Shown here: in pieces, positions 1 to 10,333 of the stretch
How positions within the stretch are numbered: position 1 is the stretch's first letter
Layout: every line of letters starts with the position of its first letter
Made by a program: the position numbers and the translations under genes
Assembly: GCA_003216035.1 (NCBI GenBank)
Contig: QCJM01000002.1
Span: 82,426-146,425, forward strand
Length of the DNA stretch: 64,000 nucleotides
Source of the DNA: Prochlorococcus sp. AG-409-B13
Lineage (GTDB): Bacteria > Cyanobacteriota > Cyanobacteriia > PCC-6307 > Cyanobiaceae
Direction: 5' to 3'
Notes under the pieces: model-generated
Told to the model about the DNA's origin: nothing
The model's input: only the letters and a program-made list of their open reading frames with translations
Databases searched by the model: none

Positions 1-803
1 CAACTCTTTTCGTATCTTTTGTAGTCTCCGGAACCATGTGGTATGGCTCTGCCACAACACCAGTCGAACTATTTGGTCCAACTCGCTATCAATGGGATTC
101 AGGCTATTTCAAAGCCGAAATCAATAGGCGAGTACAAACTGCTATGGATAAAGGTGCTTCTAAAGAAGAGGCTTACGCATCCATACCTGAAAAGCTTGCC
201 TTCTATGACTATGTAGGCAATAGCCCTGCGAAGGGAGGCCTTTTCAGAGTTGGTGCCATGGTCAATGGCGATGGTCTCCCAACTGGCTGGCAAGGTCACA
301 TTGCTTTCACTGATAAAGACGGGACTGATTTGGAAGTCAGAAGAATTCCAAACTTCTTCGAGAACTTCCCAGTTATCCTTGAAGATAAAGATGGAAATGT
401 AAAAGCAGACATTCCATTCCGTCGTGCAGAAGCAAAGTATTCCGTAGAGCAAACTGGCGTAACAGCAACCATTTATGGTGGTGAGCTAAACGGCAAGAGC
501 TTTACTGACCCCGTTGTCGTCAAGCGTTTAGCACGTAAAGCACAACTAGGTGAAGCCTTTAAGTTCGACCGAGATCGTTACAAGTCTGACGGAGTTTTCA
601 GGAGTTCTCCTAGAAGTTGGTTCACGTTTGCTCATGCCAGCTTTGGATTGCTCTACCTCTTTGGACACTGGTGGCATGCAGCAAGGACCCTTTACCGCGA
701 TGTATTCGCTGGAATTGATCCTGACATGGGCGACCAAGTGGAATTCGGTCTATTCAAAAAACTTGGAGACGAATCCACACGTCGTGTTCCAGGCCGTGCT
801 TAA
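1..803 (+). CDS. psbB: Photosystem II CP47 chlorophyll apoprotein, C-terminal part; the gene starts upstream of the window and the first full codon is at position 3
   Basis: The reading frame is open from position 3 ([32 protein letters not shown]...). It matches the conserved CP47 lumenal loop E and the last helix ([24 protein letters not shown]). psbT follows immediately, as in all cyanobacteria. Confidence 0.95.
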   Translation, partial: TLFVSFVVSGTMWYGSATTPVELFGPTRYQWDSGYFKAEINRRVQTAMDKGASKEEAYASIPEKLAFYDYVGNSPAKGGLFRVGAMVNGDGLPTGWQGHIAFTDKDGTDLEVRRIPNFFENFPVILEDKDGNVKADIPFRRAEAKYSVEQTGVTATIYGGELNGKSFTDPVVVKRLARKAQLGEAFKFDRDRYKSDGVFRSSPRSWFTFAHASFGLLYLFGHWWHAARTLYRDVFAGIDPDMGDQVEFGLFKKLGDESTRRVPGRA

Positions 804-845
804 TTAGTACAACCACTTAGCTCATAGCCCTTACCGAGAATCTCG

Positions 846-944
846 ATGGAAGCCTTCTCTTACGTCCTCATCCTCACATTGGCACTTGTCACTCTGTTTT
901 TCGCAGTCGCTTTCCGCGACCCCCCGAAATTCGACAACAGGTAA
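846..944 (+). CDS. psbT: Photosystem II reaction centre protein T (32 aa; below the ORF-track cutoff)
   Basis: Manual translation from the ATG at 846 gives [32 protein letters not shown], with a TAA stop at 942-944. This is the canonical PsbT sequence, in the conserved position after psbB. Confidence 0.9.
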   Translation: MEAFSYVLILTLALVTLFFAVAFRDPPKFDNR

Positions 945-957
945 GCCAAGTCCTAAA

Positions 958-980
958 CCCCCGCCTCGGCGGGGGTTTTT
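958..980 (+). terminator. Rho-independent terminator of psbB-psbT
   Basis: A 7-bp GC stem (CCCCCGC at 958-964 pairing with GCGGGGG at 69-75 of the same decade block, i.e. 969-975) has a 4-nt loop and is followed by TTTTT (976-980). It lies 14 nt after the psbT stop. Confidence 0.8.
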
Positions 981-1142
981 CATGCCTTGTTTCCTATCTG
1001 AAAAATGAAGCAGAGTAGATAATTTCTCTGATTTGCTGCTCGAAAAATAAGGTTTCAAGAACGATTAATCAAGCAAGCCCTTCTCAGAAGACCATTCAAT
1101 GTATAAAGTTGGTTTAAATACATTTGAGTAGATAGGGCAAGC

Positions 1143-1619
1143 ATGCAATGCCCCTCATGCCAAAACACCGATAGTCGTGTACTCGAATCACGAGCTGCAG
1201 ACGCAGGAAGAAGTGTGCGTAGACGCCGAGAGTGTCTTAATTGCGACTTTCGATTTACTACCTATGAAAGGGTTGAATCTGTACCAATCACAGTTTTAAA
1301 AAGAAATGGCAGTAGAGAAACGTTTAGCAGCAGCAAACTGCTAAATGGAATCTCTAGAGCCTGTGAAAAGACCTCTATAAGGTCAGAAAGAATTGAGCTG
1401 TTAGTAGAAGAAATCGAGCTTCAACTGCAACAAAGCAGTATCAAAGAAGTAGCCAGTTCAGCTATAGGTGAAATTGTGCTGGATCAACTTAGGGGAATCA
1501 ACGAAGTTGCTTACGTGCGTTTTGCCTCTGTTTATCGTCACTTTCATGGAATTAATGATTTTGTTGCAACCCTAGAAACCCTCAAAAGTAAGAAAGGAGA
1601 GCTGGCCTCTGTGCGCTAG
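1143..1619 (+). CDS. nrdR: Transcriptional repressor NrdR (zinc ribbon plus ATP-cone)
   Basis: The N-terminus [17 protein letters not shown]...[20 protein letters not shown] carries the CxxC...CxxC zinc ribbon. ATP-cone-like sequence follows. Confidence 0.93.
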   Translation: MQCPSCQNTDSRVLESRAADAGRSVRRRRECLNCDFRFTTYERVESVPITVLKRNGSRETFSSSKLLNGISRACEKTSIRSERIELLVEEIELQLQQSSIKEVASSAIGEIVLDQLRGINEVAYVRFASVYRHFHGINDFVATLETLKSKKGELASVR

Positions 1620-1723
1620 GTGAATTAAGCAGATCTGTAGAGTGGCTAAATAATTCCGAAAGGTCGGCGGGCCTCTTGGGAAACCTTTCGCACTGCCACT
1701 AAAGGCAGACCCGTCATCTACTT

Positions 1724-2830
1724 ATGTCTTTAACTCCCACAGAGCCTGCTAAGGAAGCTGTTTCAGTAAAGGAAACCGAGCAAGAGCAGAGCGCTGAAGC
1801 CATAGATGAAAATTCGAAGGCTGCCAATGAAATAATTCCTGAAGAAGATTTAAGCATTCCAGAAGAAGTTCCTACTGCAGACAATCCAAGTAGCAGAGTC
1901 AGCAAGACTGATTTTGATGGAGCTGGATTCACTCTTGACGAATTTGCTTCATTACTAAGTAAATACGACTACAACTTCAAACCAGGAGACATTGTTAACG
2001 GCACAGTCTTTGCACTTGAATCTAAAGGGGCAATGATTGATATAGGGGCTAAAACTGCAGCCTTCATGCCTATGCAAGAGGTCTCTATCAATCGAGTAGA
2101 AGGATTAAGCGATGTGCTCCAACCTTCTGAAGTAAGGCAATTCTTCATAATGAGTGAAGAGAATGAAGATGGTCAACTTTCTCTATCTATTCGCCGCATT
2201 GAATATCAACGTGCATGGGAGCGGGTTAGGCAGCTTCAGAAAGAAGATGCGACTATTTATTCAGAAGTATTTGCTACCAACCGGGGAGGAGCACTTGTTC
2301 GTGTAGAAGGTCTAAGAGGATTTATTCCTGGATCTCATATCAGCACTAGGAAGGCAAAGGAAGAACTTGTCGCCGATTTCTTACCATTAAAATTCCTAGA
2401 AGTAGATGAAGAAAGGAATCGTCTAGTTCTAAGTCATCGCAGGGCATTAGTTGAAAGAAAAATGAATCGCCTTGAAGTAGGTGAAGTGGTTATAGGCACG
2501 GTCAGAGGGATTAAACCCTATGGAGCCTTTATAGATATTGGTGGAGTAAGTGGTCTTCTACACATTTCCGAGATTAGTCATGAGCATATTGAAACTCCTC
2601 ACTCAGTGCTAAATGTAAATGACCAAATGAAAGTAATGATAATCGACCTAGATGCTGAAAGAGGTCGAATCTCCCTCTCCACAAAAGCACTTGAGCCAGA
2701 GCCAGGTGACATGCTCACTGATCCACAAAAAGTATTTGATAAGGCTGAGGAAATGGCTGCACGTTACAAGCAAATGTTGCTTGAACAGGCAGAAGAAGGA
2801 GAGGATGCAAGCACAGCGATTACAGCCTGA
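1724..2830 (+). CDS. rpsA: 30S ribosomal protein S1 (cyanobacterial short form, about 3 S1 domains) with an acidic N-terminal extension
   Basis: Repeated S1 OB-fold motifs are visible (GDIVNGTVFALESKGAMIDIG, GGALVRVEGLRGFIPGSH, GEVVIGTVRGIKPYGAFIDIGGVSGLLHISEIS). Confidence 0.9.
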   Translation: MSLTPTEPAKEAVSVKETEQEQSAEAIDENSKAANEIIPEEDLSIPEEVPTADNPSSRVSKTDFDGAGFTLDEFASLLSKYDYNFKPGDIVNGTVFALESKGAMIDIGAKTAAFMPMQEVSINRVEGLSDVLQPSEVRQFFIMSEENEDGQLSLSIRRIEYQRAWERVRQLQKEDATIYSEVFATNRGGALVRVEGLRGFIPGSHISTRKAKEELVADFLPLKFLEVDEERNRLVLSHRRALVERKMNRLEVGEVVIGTVRGIKPYGAFIDIGGVSGLLHISEISHEHIETPHSVLNVNDQMKVMIIDLDAERGRISLSTKALEPEPGDMLTDPQKVFDKAEEMAARYKQMLLEQAEEGEDASTAITA

Positions 2831-2847
2831 AATAATTAAATTCCCAT

Positions 2848-3648
2848 ATGGCGCAACTTTTGTTAAAAGGAGTGCCTATTGGCACAATAAAAGGGGTGCT
2901 ATTTGATAAGGACGGCACCCTTTCGAATAGCGAAGATCATCTTTTGGCCATTGCAAATTTAAGGATTGAAGAATCAAAGCACATTTTTAGGCGCAATTAT
3001 GCAAAGCACCAGAAAGTTAAGTCAATAGAACGCTTACTTACTTCTGCATATGGACTTACTGAGCATGGCATCCACCCCAGTGGAACTCTTGCAGTTGCCT
3101 CTCGCTCTCAAAATCTAATTTCAACTGCAACTATCTTCTGTCTACTAGGAGCAGAATGGCCAAAGGCCTTTGATATGGCTAATGAAGTCTTCAATAGAGT
3201 TGATCTTTTAACTACTCAACGTCCAGACAAGAACAAAAAGCAAACACTTCTCCCAGGGGTTCAAAGGCTTCTAAAGGACCTTCAAAAAGCCAATGTTTTC
3301 TGTGCTCTTATAAGCAATGACACTACTTGTGGCATTAGGAATTTCTTGAAAACCAATAATTTAGAAGAAGCCTTCTTAACATTCTGGAGTGCAGATAATC
3401 AACCAACCAAACCAAGCGCTGACGCAGTCAAAAAGCTATGCAATCTTCTAGGGGTACTACCAATTGATTGTGCCCTGATTGGAGATGCCGACTCAGATTT
3501 ACAGATGGCTAGACAAGCAGGAGTAGGAATAACCCTAGGCTATGTAGCAGGCTGGACTCAATCACCTCAGCTATCCGCCCATCAACACCTGATCTATCAC
3601 TGGGACGATCTAAGGGTTGAGGCAAAACCTAAACTTCCTAAGGATTAA
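2848..3648 (+). CDS. HAD-superfamily hydrolase (phosphatase-like)
   Basis: HAD motif I is FDKDGTL, motif II is LISNDT, and motif IV is [14 protein letters not shown]. Confidence 0.8.
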   Translation: MAQLLLKGVPIGTIKGVLFDKDGTLSNSEDHLLAIANLRIEESKHIFRRNYAKHQKVKSIERLLTSAYGLTEHGIHPSGTLAVASRSQNLISTATIFCLLGAEWPKAFDMANEVFNRVDLLTTQRPDKNKKQTLLPGVQRLLKDLQKANVFCALISNDTTCGIRNFLKTNNLEEAFLTFWSADNQPTKPSADAVKKLCNLLGVLPIDCALIGDADSDLQMARQAGVGITLGYVAGWTQSPQLSAHQHLIYHWDDLRVEAKPKLPKD

Positions 3649-3656
3649 AGGTCCCT

Positions 3657-4901
3657 ATGAGTAGTTACGTCTTTACTTCAGAATCAGTTACTGAAGGACA
3701 TCCAGACAAGATTTGCGATCAAGTAAGCGACGCAGTTCTAGATGCCCTTCTTGCTGAGGACCCAACCAGCAGAGTGGCCTGTGAAACTGTCGTCAATACA
3801 GGTCTATGTCTAATTACAGGCGAAATCACTTCAAAAGCTCATGTGGATTTCATTAAGTTAGTGAGAAATGTAATTAGTGAAATTGGCTATAAAGATGCTA
3901 GAGCAGGTGGATTTGATGCCAATAGCTGTGCAGTTCTAGTTGCCCTCGATCAACAATCACCTGATATTGCACAAGGGGTTAATGAAGCAGATGACCACTC
4001 AGGGGACCCCCTAGACAAAGTTGGGGCAGGAGATCAAGGCATCATGTTCGGATATGCCTGCGATGAAACCCCTGAGCTGATGCCTCTACCTATCAGCCTT
4101 GCCCACCGACTATCAAGAAGGCTTGCACTAGTACGTCATAACGGGACCTTGGACTATTTATTGCCAGATGGGAAAACTCAAGTAAGTGTTGTATATGAAA
4201 AGAATATTCCAATTGCTATAAGTACAATCTTGATTTCAACTCAACACACCTCAGAAGTTGAAGGCATTTTTAGCGAAGAAGGCATCAGGGAAAAAATAAA
4301 GAAAGATCTATGGGAACACGTTGTCATTCCTTCTACAGCAGACCTTTCACTCAAACCCAATCATCAAAATACCCGATTTCTTGTAAATCCCACAGGCAAG
4401 TTTGTTGTGGGAGGTCCGCAAGGTGATGCTGGTCTGACTGGTAGAAAAATTATCGTCGATACTTATGGAGGATATGCCCGGCATGGCGGTGGAGCCTTTT
4501 CTGGGAAAGACCCAACAAAAGTAGATCGTTCAGCAGCCTATGCTGCAAGGTTTGTAGCCAAATCTCTTGTTGCAGCTGGCCTAGCAAAACGAGTTGAAGT
4601 CCAATTAAGCTATGCGATTGGTATTGCAAAGCCCGTATCAATCTTAATAGAAGCCTTTGGGAGTGAGCAAACATCCAATTTGGATCTAACTTCCCTCGTT
4701 GAAAATTATTTTGATCTTCGTCCAGGAGCAATCATAGAGAAATTCAATCTCCAGAATCTCCCTCAAAAGAATGAAGGGCGCTTCTATAGAGATACCGCTG
4801 CATATGGTCATTTTGGTCGACCTGATTTAAATCTTCCATGGGAAGATGTAACCAGAGCAGCATCAGAGCTTAAAGAGTTATCTAAAAGGTTGAGCACATA
4901 G
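3657..4901 (+). CDS. metK: S-adenosylmethionine synthetase
   Basis: Signature motifs [30 protein letters not shown] and [16 protein letters not shown] are present. Confidence 0.97.
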   Translation: MSSYVFTSESVTEGHPDKICDQVSDAVLDALLAEDPTSRVACETVVNTGLCLITGEITSKAHVDFIKLVRNVISEIGYKDARAGGFDANSCAVLVALDQQSPDIAQGVNEADDHSGDPLDKVGAGDQGIMFGYACDETPELMPLPISLAHRLSRRLALVRHNGTLDYLLPDGKTQVSVVYEKNIPIAISTILISTQHTSEVEGIFSEEGIREKIKKDLWEHVVIPSTADLSLKPNHQNTRFLVNPTGKFVVGGPQGDAGLTGRKIIVDTYGGYARHGGGAFSGKDPTKVDRSAAYAARFVAKSLVAAGLAKRVEVQLSYAIGIAKPVSILIEAFGSEQTSNLDLTSLVENYFDLRPGAIIEKFNLQNLPQKNEGRFYRDTAAYGHFGRPDLNLPWEDVTRAASELKELSKRLST

Positions 4902-4922
4902 GTCAAAAATAACTGATTAAGA

Positions 4923-6179
4923 ATGGATTCATCTTCTTTATTTCTAGGAATAGATTTAGGGACAAGTGGAGTTCAAATAGCACTAATCAATGCGGATGCA
5001 GAGTTAATACATCAATCCAAAGAAGAGTATTGCAATGGTGTTCAATTCCCTGAAGACTGGCAATCCTGTTGTTCATCACTTATAGGGGATATTCCTAAAA
5101 AACTCAAGCAAAAGATTAAAGCCCTTTCCGTTGACGGGACTTCTGGCACATTACTTGCCTGTGACAAAAAAGGAAGGCCAATTAGCTTAGCCTTACCATA
5201 CAACATTAGCTGCCCAGAACAAAAACAATTTCTAGCTGAACTTATTCCAGAAGGTGGTATAGCCTCCAGTATAAATAGTAGTCTCGCAAGAACACTACGC
5301 CTTATTGATCAACATGGTCCTAATATTCTGATAAGGCATCAGGCAGATTGGTTGTGTGGTTGGTTCCTTAATAATTGGCAATGGGGAGAAGAAGGTAACA
5401 ATATTCGCCTGGGATGGAACTTAATCAAGCAATCTTGGCCTCAAAGATTTGCTAACCTGCCATGGAAAGAATCTCTGCCTTCGATAATCAACAGTGGCAA
5501 TATATTAGGCAAGCTAGATGTAAAAATATGCAAAGTTCTTGAACTTCCAGAAGAACTCATAGTGATTTCTGGAACCACTGATTCAAATGCCGCTGTTCTG
5601 GCTGCCAATCCCAAACCAGAAGATGGCATAACAGTATTAGGAAGCACTATTGTTCTGAAATGTTTTGTAGAACAACCTCTAACAGGCATAGGAATTACAA
5701 ATCATAGAGTGGGAGGGAAATGGCTATGCGGTGGAGCTTCTAACGCTGGAGGAGCTGTAATAAGGAAATTCTTCAGCCCTAAAGAGATAAAAGAGCTCAG
5801 CAGACAAATTAATCCAGAGTTAAATAGCGGGCTAATGCTTAGACCGTTGCCTTTCAAAGGAGAACGTTTTCCAATAGAAGACCCTTATCTTGAACCCATT
5901 CTTGAACCTAGGCCAATAAGTGACTCTCTCTACCTTCATGGGTTATTTGAAGGTCTTGCGAGAATAGAAGCCCAAGGATGGGAAGCATTACAAGCCATTG
6001 GAGTACCAAAACCAAGGCGAGTTATAACGCTAGGAGGAGCCGCTCGGAATCCACAATTCAGAAGATTAAGAGAAAGGACTTTACGCATACCAATTCATAG
6101 TTGTTCCAACCCACCTGCTTTAGGGGTTGCTCTCCTTGCCAGGCAATCAATTACAAATAAAATACTCTTTAGCTATTAA
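4923..6179 (+). CDS. FGGY-family carbohydrate kinase (short, 418 aa; substrate unknown)
   Basis: The N-terminal LGIDLGTSGV matches the FGGY phosphate-1 motif, and the C-terminal ITLGGAARNPQFRRL matches the FGGY C-terminal motif. Confidence 0.8.
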   Translation: MDSSSLFLGIDLGTSGVQIALINADAELIHQSKEEYCNGVQFPEDWQSCCSSLIGDIPKKLKQKIKALSVDGTSGTLLACDKKGRPISLALPYNISCPEQKQFLAELIPEGGIASSINSSLARTLRLIDQHGPNILIRHQADWLCGWFLNNWQWGEEGNNIRLGWNLIKQSWPQRFANLPWKESLPSIINSGNILGKLDVKICKVLELPEELIVISGTTDSNAAVLAANPKPEDGITVLGSTIVLKCFVEQPLTGIGITNHRVGGKWLCGGASNAGGAVIRKFFSPKEIKELSRQINPELNSGLMLRPLPFKGERFPIEDPYLEPILEPRPISDSLYLHGLFEGLARIEAQGWEALQAIGVPKPRRVITLGGAARNPQFRRLRERTLRIPIHSCSNPPALGVALLARQSITNKILFSY

Positions 6180-6384
6180 AAAAGGAACCATTCTATTTCA
6201 TTAAAATTTTGCCCCAAAGTTACAACCAATCACCTTTATTAGCAAGTCACTTCTACTGTAAGATTGCATGAGATTCAATGCAATCAAATTAGGTTTAGCT
6301 ATTTGGCATAGTCCCAACTAATTCTCTAATTCAATCCATCTCCAGTCAAAGTTATTATTTTTTTAGGTTTAAAGCTTATTTCCT

Positions 6385-6657
6385 ATGGCTCCTGAACAAA
6401 TTACAGCTGTTGTTAGTGCCAGGATCTGTAAGCATATGAATGCCGATCATCAAGATGCAGTCTTGGCCTATGCCAAGCACTATGGAGAGGTCAAACAAGC
6501 CAATAGCGCAAAAATGATCGAGGTCACTCCTATAGCAATGAAGCTTGCAGTAGATGGTGAATTAATCCAAATCCGTTTTTCACACAAACTTACTGACAGT
6601 GAAGATGCCCATAGGACCCTGGTTTCAATGCTAAAGGCCATTCCTAGGACTGATTAA
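6385..6657 (+). CDS. DUF2470-family small protein (haem-utilisation/HugZ-C-terminal-like)
   Basis: This 90-aa ORF has an N-terminal pattern (ICKHMNADHQDAVLAYAKHYG) that I recognise from DUF2470 proteins. There is no catalytic motif. Confidence 0.6.
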   Translation: MAPEQITAVVSARICKHMNADHQDAVLAYAKHYGEVKQANSAKMIEVTPIAMKLAVDGELIQIRFSHKLTDSEDAHRTLVSMLKAIPRTD

Positions 6658-6813
6658 AAACCTAAGCAAAAGAGAAGGCAGAAGAAGCTCCAAATTTAAA
6701 GTCGATTCATTGAGAGAGACTTTCCTTATAGAGCTCAAGCAAGGAGTAGAAGAAAGAAGAAAAGGTGCTGCCTCACACCGTGATCTAAGATTGTATAGAG
6801 CACATTCACTCAA

Positions 6814-6886
6814 GCCGGGATAGCTCAGTTGGTAGAGCAGGCGACTGAAAATCGCCGTGTCCCCAGTTCAAATCTGGGTCCTGGCA
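6814..6886 (+). tRNA. trnF: tRNA-Phe (anticodon GAA)
   Basis: It folds by hand into a canonical 73-nt cloverleaf: GCCGGGA/TCCTGGC acceptor (one G-U pair), GCTC/GAGC D stem, GGCGA-CTGAAAA-TCGCC anticodon arm, CCCAG-TTCAAAT-CTGGG T arm, discriminator A. CCA is not encoded. Confidence 0.95.
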
Positions 6887-7337
6887 CCTCTAAATAGCTA
6901 CACAAGGGAGAGCAAGCCTATGAAGGGGGCCAGAACCTTCAACTAATCAAAGCCAAATACAGGTTCTTTCCTTAAGACAAAAGGGATTCAAAGGGATATT
7001 TTGATAGAGAGCCAGAAAACAGAAGCTCAAATCATTTTATTTAATGAATATAAATTAAGTAAAAATCAAAAAAAATTTAATACCTATGAAGAAAAATTCT
7101 AGCTTTAGATATTCTTACTTCTCGTCAGACACAGATGTATACAAACAATAAATTCCAAAAGCAAAGATTCACTTAAGCAATCTCATGGCAAGTTAGAGAG
7201 TCAATTATTAAGACAGGTAAGCATCCCTAAATCAACCTGGGAAGATAAATGGAGTAATCCTCACAAGCCTTCCTCAGGAAAGATCAATAGACATTAATGG
7301 CATGCTAGATTATCAGTGATAAATGCCTTATGATTAA

Positions 7338-9506
7338 GTGTCTCTCCATCTTGGAATAAATGTATTTCATGATGTTGGATTTGCTGTCGTAAATTCTAAT
7401 GGGGAACCTGTAGCTATATACGAAGAAACAAAATTCACCGGGCGCAAAGAAGAATACCTCTACCCTTTTCAATCATTAGAACAATTAAAGAGAGACGGGT
7501 TTGAGGAATTTGATTCAATAACATGGCCAATAGAATGTACAAACCTGCTTGATCTTCCTGAGGAGTACAACTTTCACAAACTAGGAGTATCTAGCACAAA
7601 AGATTTTGAGAATTACCTAAACAAAATCTTTAAAATAAAGAATAAGCATACTTTATACCATCACGCTGTTCACGCTGAATCTGTGTTCTATGCCAGTGGT
7701 TATGAAAATGCACATATATTAGTTATTGATGGCGCTGGAGAGGAACAATCTATATCAGTTTTTTTTGGAGATATAAATTCAAAAGAAGGGATTAAAGAGT
7801 TTTTAAGAGTTCCAAGGTCACAATTTTCATATGGTCACCTCTATGGATTTGTAACCTCTTATTTAGGCTATAGCAAAGGCAATTCTAATACCCACTGTGG
7901 CAAGATCATGGGTCTAAGTAGTTATGGGAAACCTATATATGCAGAAGAGTTTAGAGCCTTATTCAATAAGAATAATCAGTTATTCCCTGAAGCCCATTTC
8001 TCTTCTTTAGAATTCCTTTCAGAAAGATTTGGCCCAGGCTATTCATTAGCCAATGGCTTCTCTCAACAACAAGCAGATATAGCAGCATCACTACAAGTAT
8101 ACCTTGAAGAAGATTTAATTAGAGCCCTCAGAGATCTAAGAAAATTCCACCCAGAAATTCCCTATTCCAATAAGCTCTGCCTTGCGGGTGGAGTGGCAAT
8201 GAATAGTGTAGCTAATGGAAAAATATTATTTTCAGGTCTATATTCAGATATTTTTGTCCAACCAGCATCAACAGACGCTGGGATAGCTTATGGGGCGGCT
8301 CACTTTGGTGCCCGAAAAGCAGGCTCTATAAAAACCAAAGGTTCAAAGTGGATCAAAGCCAACTATGGCTATGATTGCAAAGCAAGTCCCAAGGATATTG
8401 ATTCACTGATCAATGAATACAATCTACCATTAACTTCAGAAAAGCTTATTAATGCTGCTGATTATATAGCAGATTCATTACATAGATCAAAGATTATAGC
8501 TGTTTGCAGAAGCAAACAAGAAGTAGGAGACAGGGCTTTGGGTTTCAGATCTATATTTGCTCTCCCTTCAGAAGAAATGCGAGATCGAGTAAATTCAAGA
8601 ATTAAATATAGAGAAGGTTGGAGACCTTTTGCTCCTATTATTCTTGATACATATATGGATAAAATATTTGAAACTAACAGGCCAGAACCTTTTATGACAG
8701 TAGTATATCCTGTCAGGCCAAAAAGTCCTGATGAGATTGCAGGAATAATTCATGTTGATTCAACTGCAAGGCTTCAAACTGTTAACAAATTTTCTGACCC
8801 ATTTATAAGTCAAGTACTCAATCAACTACAAATAAAATATTCACGGTCGCCAGTCATTCTCAATACTTCTTTTAATATAAATGGCCAATCAATGATCAGA
8901 ACAGAATATGATGCCTTAGTTACTTATATGGCTACAGGTATTGACGAGTTAATCATCAATGACACTCTTGTTAAGAGAACTAATGCTGCGCCCGAACCAA
9001 AGCCCTCAGGCATAACAGCAATGGATCGGATTTTGCAGCCATATCTTTCCAAACAATCTGAATTAACATTAATAAGTATAGGGATTGAAGATGGGATAGA
9101 AAATCTACTTGCTTCTTTCCTTGAATCAACATGCATAAAAAACAAATACAAAGGTGACCTTCATAAAATCAATATCTTCTCCAATTTCAGTTCAGACAAG
9201 CAGAAATGGCATCAAGAAGCAACTATTTCTAAGCACCTTGGAAAACGTATGCATGTAAACCATACTATTAAAGATAGTCTGAAAATGAATGAATCGATAA
9301 GCTCTTCTCACAAAAATATTCTAATAACTAATGGTCAAGTCCTACCTTTAAAATCAGGTTATTTAATGTCTTCATTTAAAGGGCCAACTGTAGAGTCAGA
9401 ATTGGAGTTAAAAGATTACATTTCCCGTATTAATCCAACTGATTTAATAATTGACATTCAACGAAGGCCTTTTACGAAAGAAGATATCACTTGCCTAACT
9501 CTATAA
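7338..9506 (+). CDS. NodU/CmcH-family carbamoyltransferase with an about 170-aa C-terminal extension of unknown function
   Basis: A GTG start gives MSLHLGINVFHDVGFAV. The metal-binding YHHAVHAES motif and the C-terminal-domain motif IIHVDSTARLQTV are present. The family core ends near residue 550 and residues about 550-722 carry no motif I recognise. Confidence 0.85.
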   Translation: MSLHLGINVFHDVGFAVVNSNGEPVAIYEETKFTGRKEEYLYPFQSLEQLKRDGFEEFDSITWPIECTNLLDLPEEYNFHKLGVSSTKDFENYLNKIFKIKNKHTLYHHAVHAESVFYASGYENAHILVIDGAGEEQSISVFFGDINSKEGIKEFLRVPRSQFSYGHLYGFVTSYLGYSKGNSNTHCGKIMGLSSYGKPIYAEEFRALFNKNNQLFPEAHFSSLEFLSERFGPGYSLANGFSQQQADIAASLQVYLEEDLIRALRDLRKFHPEIPYSNKLCLAGGVAMNSVANGKILFSGLYSDIFVQPASTDAGIAYGAAHFGARKAGSIKTKGSKWIKANYGYDCKASPKDIDSLINEYNLPLTSEKLINAADYIADSLHRSKIIAVCRSKQEVGDRALGFRSIFALPSEEMRDRVNSRIKYREGWRPFAPIILDTYMDKIFETNRPEPFMTVVYPVRPKSPDEIAGIIHVDSTARLQTVNKFSDPFISQVLNQLQIKYSRSPVILNTSFNINGQSMIRTEYDALVTYMATGIDELIINDTLVKRTNAAPEPKPSGITAMDRILQPYLSKQSELTLISIGIEDGIENLLASFLESTCIKNKYKGDLHKINIFSNFSSDKQKWHQEATISKHLGKRMHVNHTIKDSLKMNESISSSHKNILITNGQVLPLKSGYLMSSFKGPTVESELELKDYISRINPTDLIIDIQRRPFTKEDITCLTL

Positions 9507-9895
9507 GATGAAGAGTCGAGAATTTAAGGAAATTAATTGGGTCTAGAATATTTAGTGCTTAGTCACAGAGCTTATAGAAACAATATCTAAGTAAACCTGG
9601 CCTCCAAACACAATGATTAATTGTTTCAAATAGAAGACTTACAAAAGTTTATTCAAATGAAAAAGGCAAAGAGTTCTTGTCTTAAGACAATCAAATATTA
9701 AGGCTTTCTCAGACTGCAAATACTGGACTGACCCCTAAAAGTCACAAGAACCAGAGAGACTTTCAGTGAAGCATTCCTAGGCCTTTTAAAACACAGAAGA
9801 AAGGCCAAAGCCATATTTAAAGCTTAAAGAGAACTTGCATTAGCAGATATAGAGGTAAAGTCTTTAAGTCTGAACCAATAGAAAGGTCATTAGCT

Positions 9896-10138
9896 TTGTC
9901 TTTCCCTCCTACAAGTCAGGATAATGAGCGAGTTTTTAATAATGCTGATAGTTTTGGGATGGCTTTTGACGCTGCCTGGAAAAATCTGAAGATAGAGAAA
10001 GAAGATAAAGCAACTAATCAAAGTGAAAAGATGAGGCTTGTATTTGAAATATTAAAAAATCATCCTTTTCTAAAAGAGTCTCCTCTCCAAGCAGAAGAAG
10101 TAGCAAAGTTTCGAATTCGTCTCTTAAACTTAGTTTAA
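9896..10138 (+). CDS. Hypothetical small protein (80 aa from TTG, or 59 aa from the ATG at 9959)
   Basis: Support is an open reading frame only; it is isolated in an AT-rich spacer. An interrupted hairpin at 10160-10189 lies 22 nt downstream. No motif is recognisable. Confidence 0.3.
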   Translation: MSFPPTSQDNERVFNNADSFGMAFDAAWKNLKIEKEDKATNQSEKMRLVFEILKNHPFLKESPLQAEEVAKFRIRLLNLV

Positions 10139-10333
10139 AAAAGGTTCTCTTTTGATTAATTAGCCAACCTCATTTAAGAGGTGAGCTAACAACTTATCAA
10201 AAAATACAATTCTCTTACTAAATGCCAGAATTAATCTTCTAATAGATGTAATCTTACCGATGGTATCGATGCCCTCTAACTGTCCATCTCTTTAAGAAGA
10301 ACAAGACGAAACTGACACCATCCAATCTTCCAA

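Noticed and set aside
99-452. Long antisense or overlapping ORFs lie inside well-supported genes: 99-452(-), 32210-32596(+), 40995-41306(-), 41945-42337(-), 45374-45787(-) and 60398-60799(-), among others.
   Set aside because: Each lies entirely within a gene that has strong family motifs on the other strand or frame. They have no motifs of their own, and they occur preferentially in the less AT-rich genes, where stop codons are rarer. They are typical shadow ORFs.
831-1058. A 75-aa minus-strand ORF in the psbT-nrdR region.
   Set aside because: It runs antisense across psbT and its GC-rich terminator, and its Gly/Arg-rich sequence derives from the terminator stem. psbT on the plus strand explains the region.
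3649-3656. I looked for a SAM riboswitch upstream of metK.
   Set aside because: Only 8 nt separate metK from the preceding HAD gene, so there is no room for a riboswitch aptamer.
6262-6285. A perfect 8-bp hairpin, GATTGCAT-(8 nt)-ATGCAATC, lies after the FGGY kinase gene.
   Set aside because: It could be a weak terminator or an operator, but no U-tract follows and the stem is AT-rich. The evidence is insufficient to call a feature.
6771-6778. A CCTCACAC motif upstream of tRNA-Phe resembles the conserved single-stranded core of the cyanobacterial sRNA Yfr1 (ACTCCTCACAC).
   Set aside because: Only 8 of 11 nt match. The flanking stem-loops characteristic of Yfr1 are not evident; I found only a 4-bp GGTG/CACC pairing. 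The genomic context is not the one I associate with Yfr1.
6963-9690. An imperfect direct repeat, GTTCTTnnCTTAAGACAA, occurs at 6963-6980 and 9673-9690. It brackets the carbamoyltransferase gene just downstream of tRNA-Phe and so looks like att sites.
   Set aside because: The match is only 16 of 18 positions. My rough estimate is that tens of such pairs are expected by chance in 64 kb of AT-rich sequence. The repeat does not match the tRNA 3' end, and no integrase or recombinase is present. It could be revisited if comparative genomics shows an indel with exactly these boundaries.
9780-9806. A 7-bp hairpin, GGCCTTT-(13 nt)-AAAGGCC, lies in the spacer downstream of the carbamoyltransferase. A similar interrupted hairpin lies at 10160-10189.
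   Set aside because: Neither strand has an adjacent U-tract, and I can recognise no sRNA family. They are kept only as context for the long-spacer finding.
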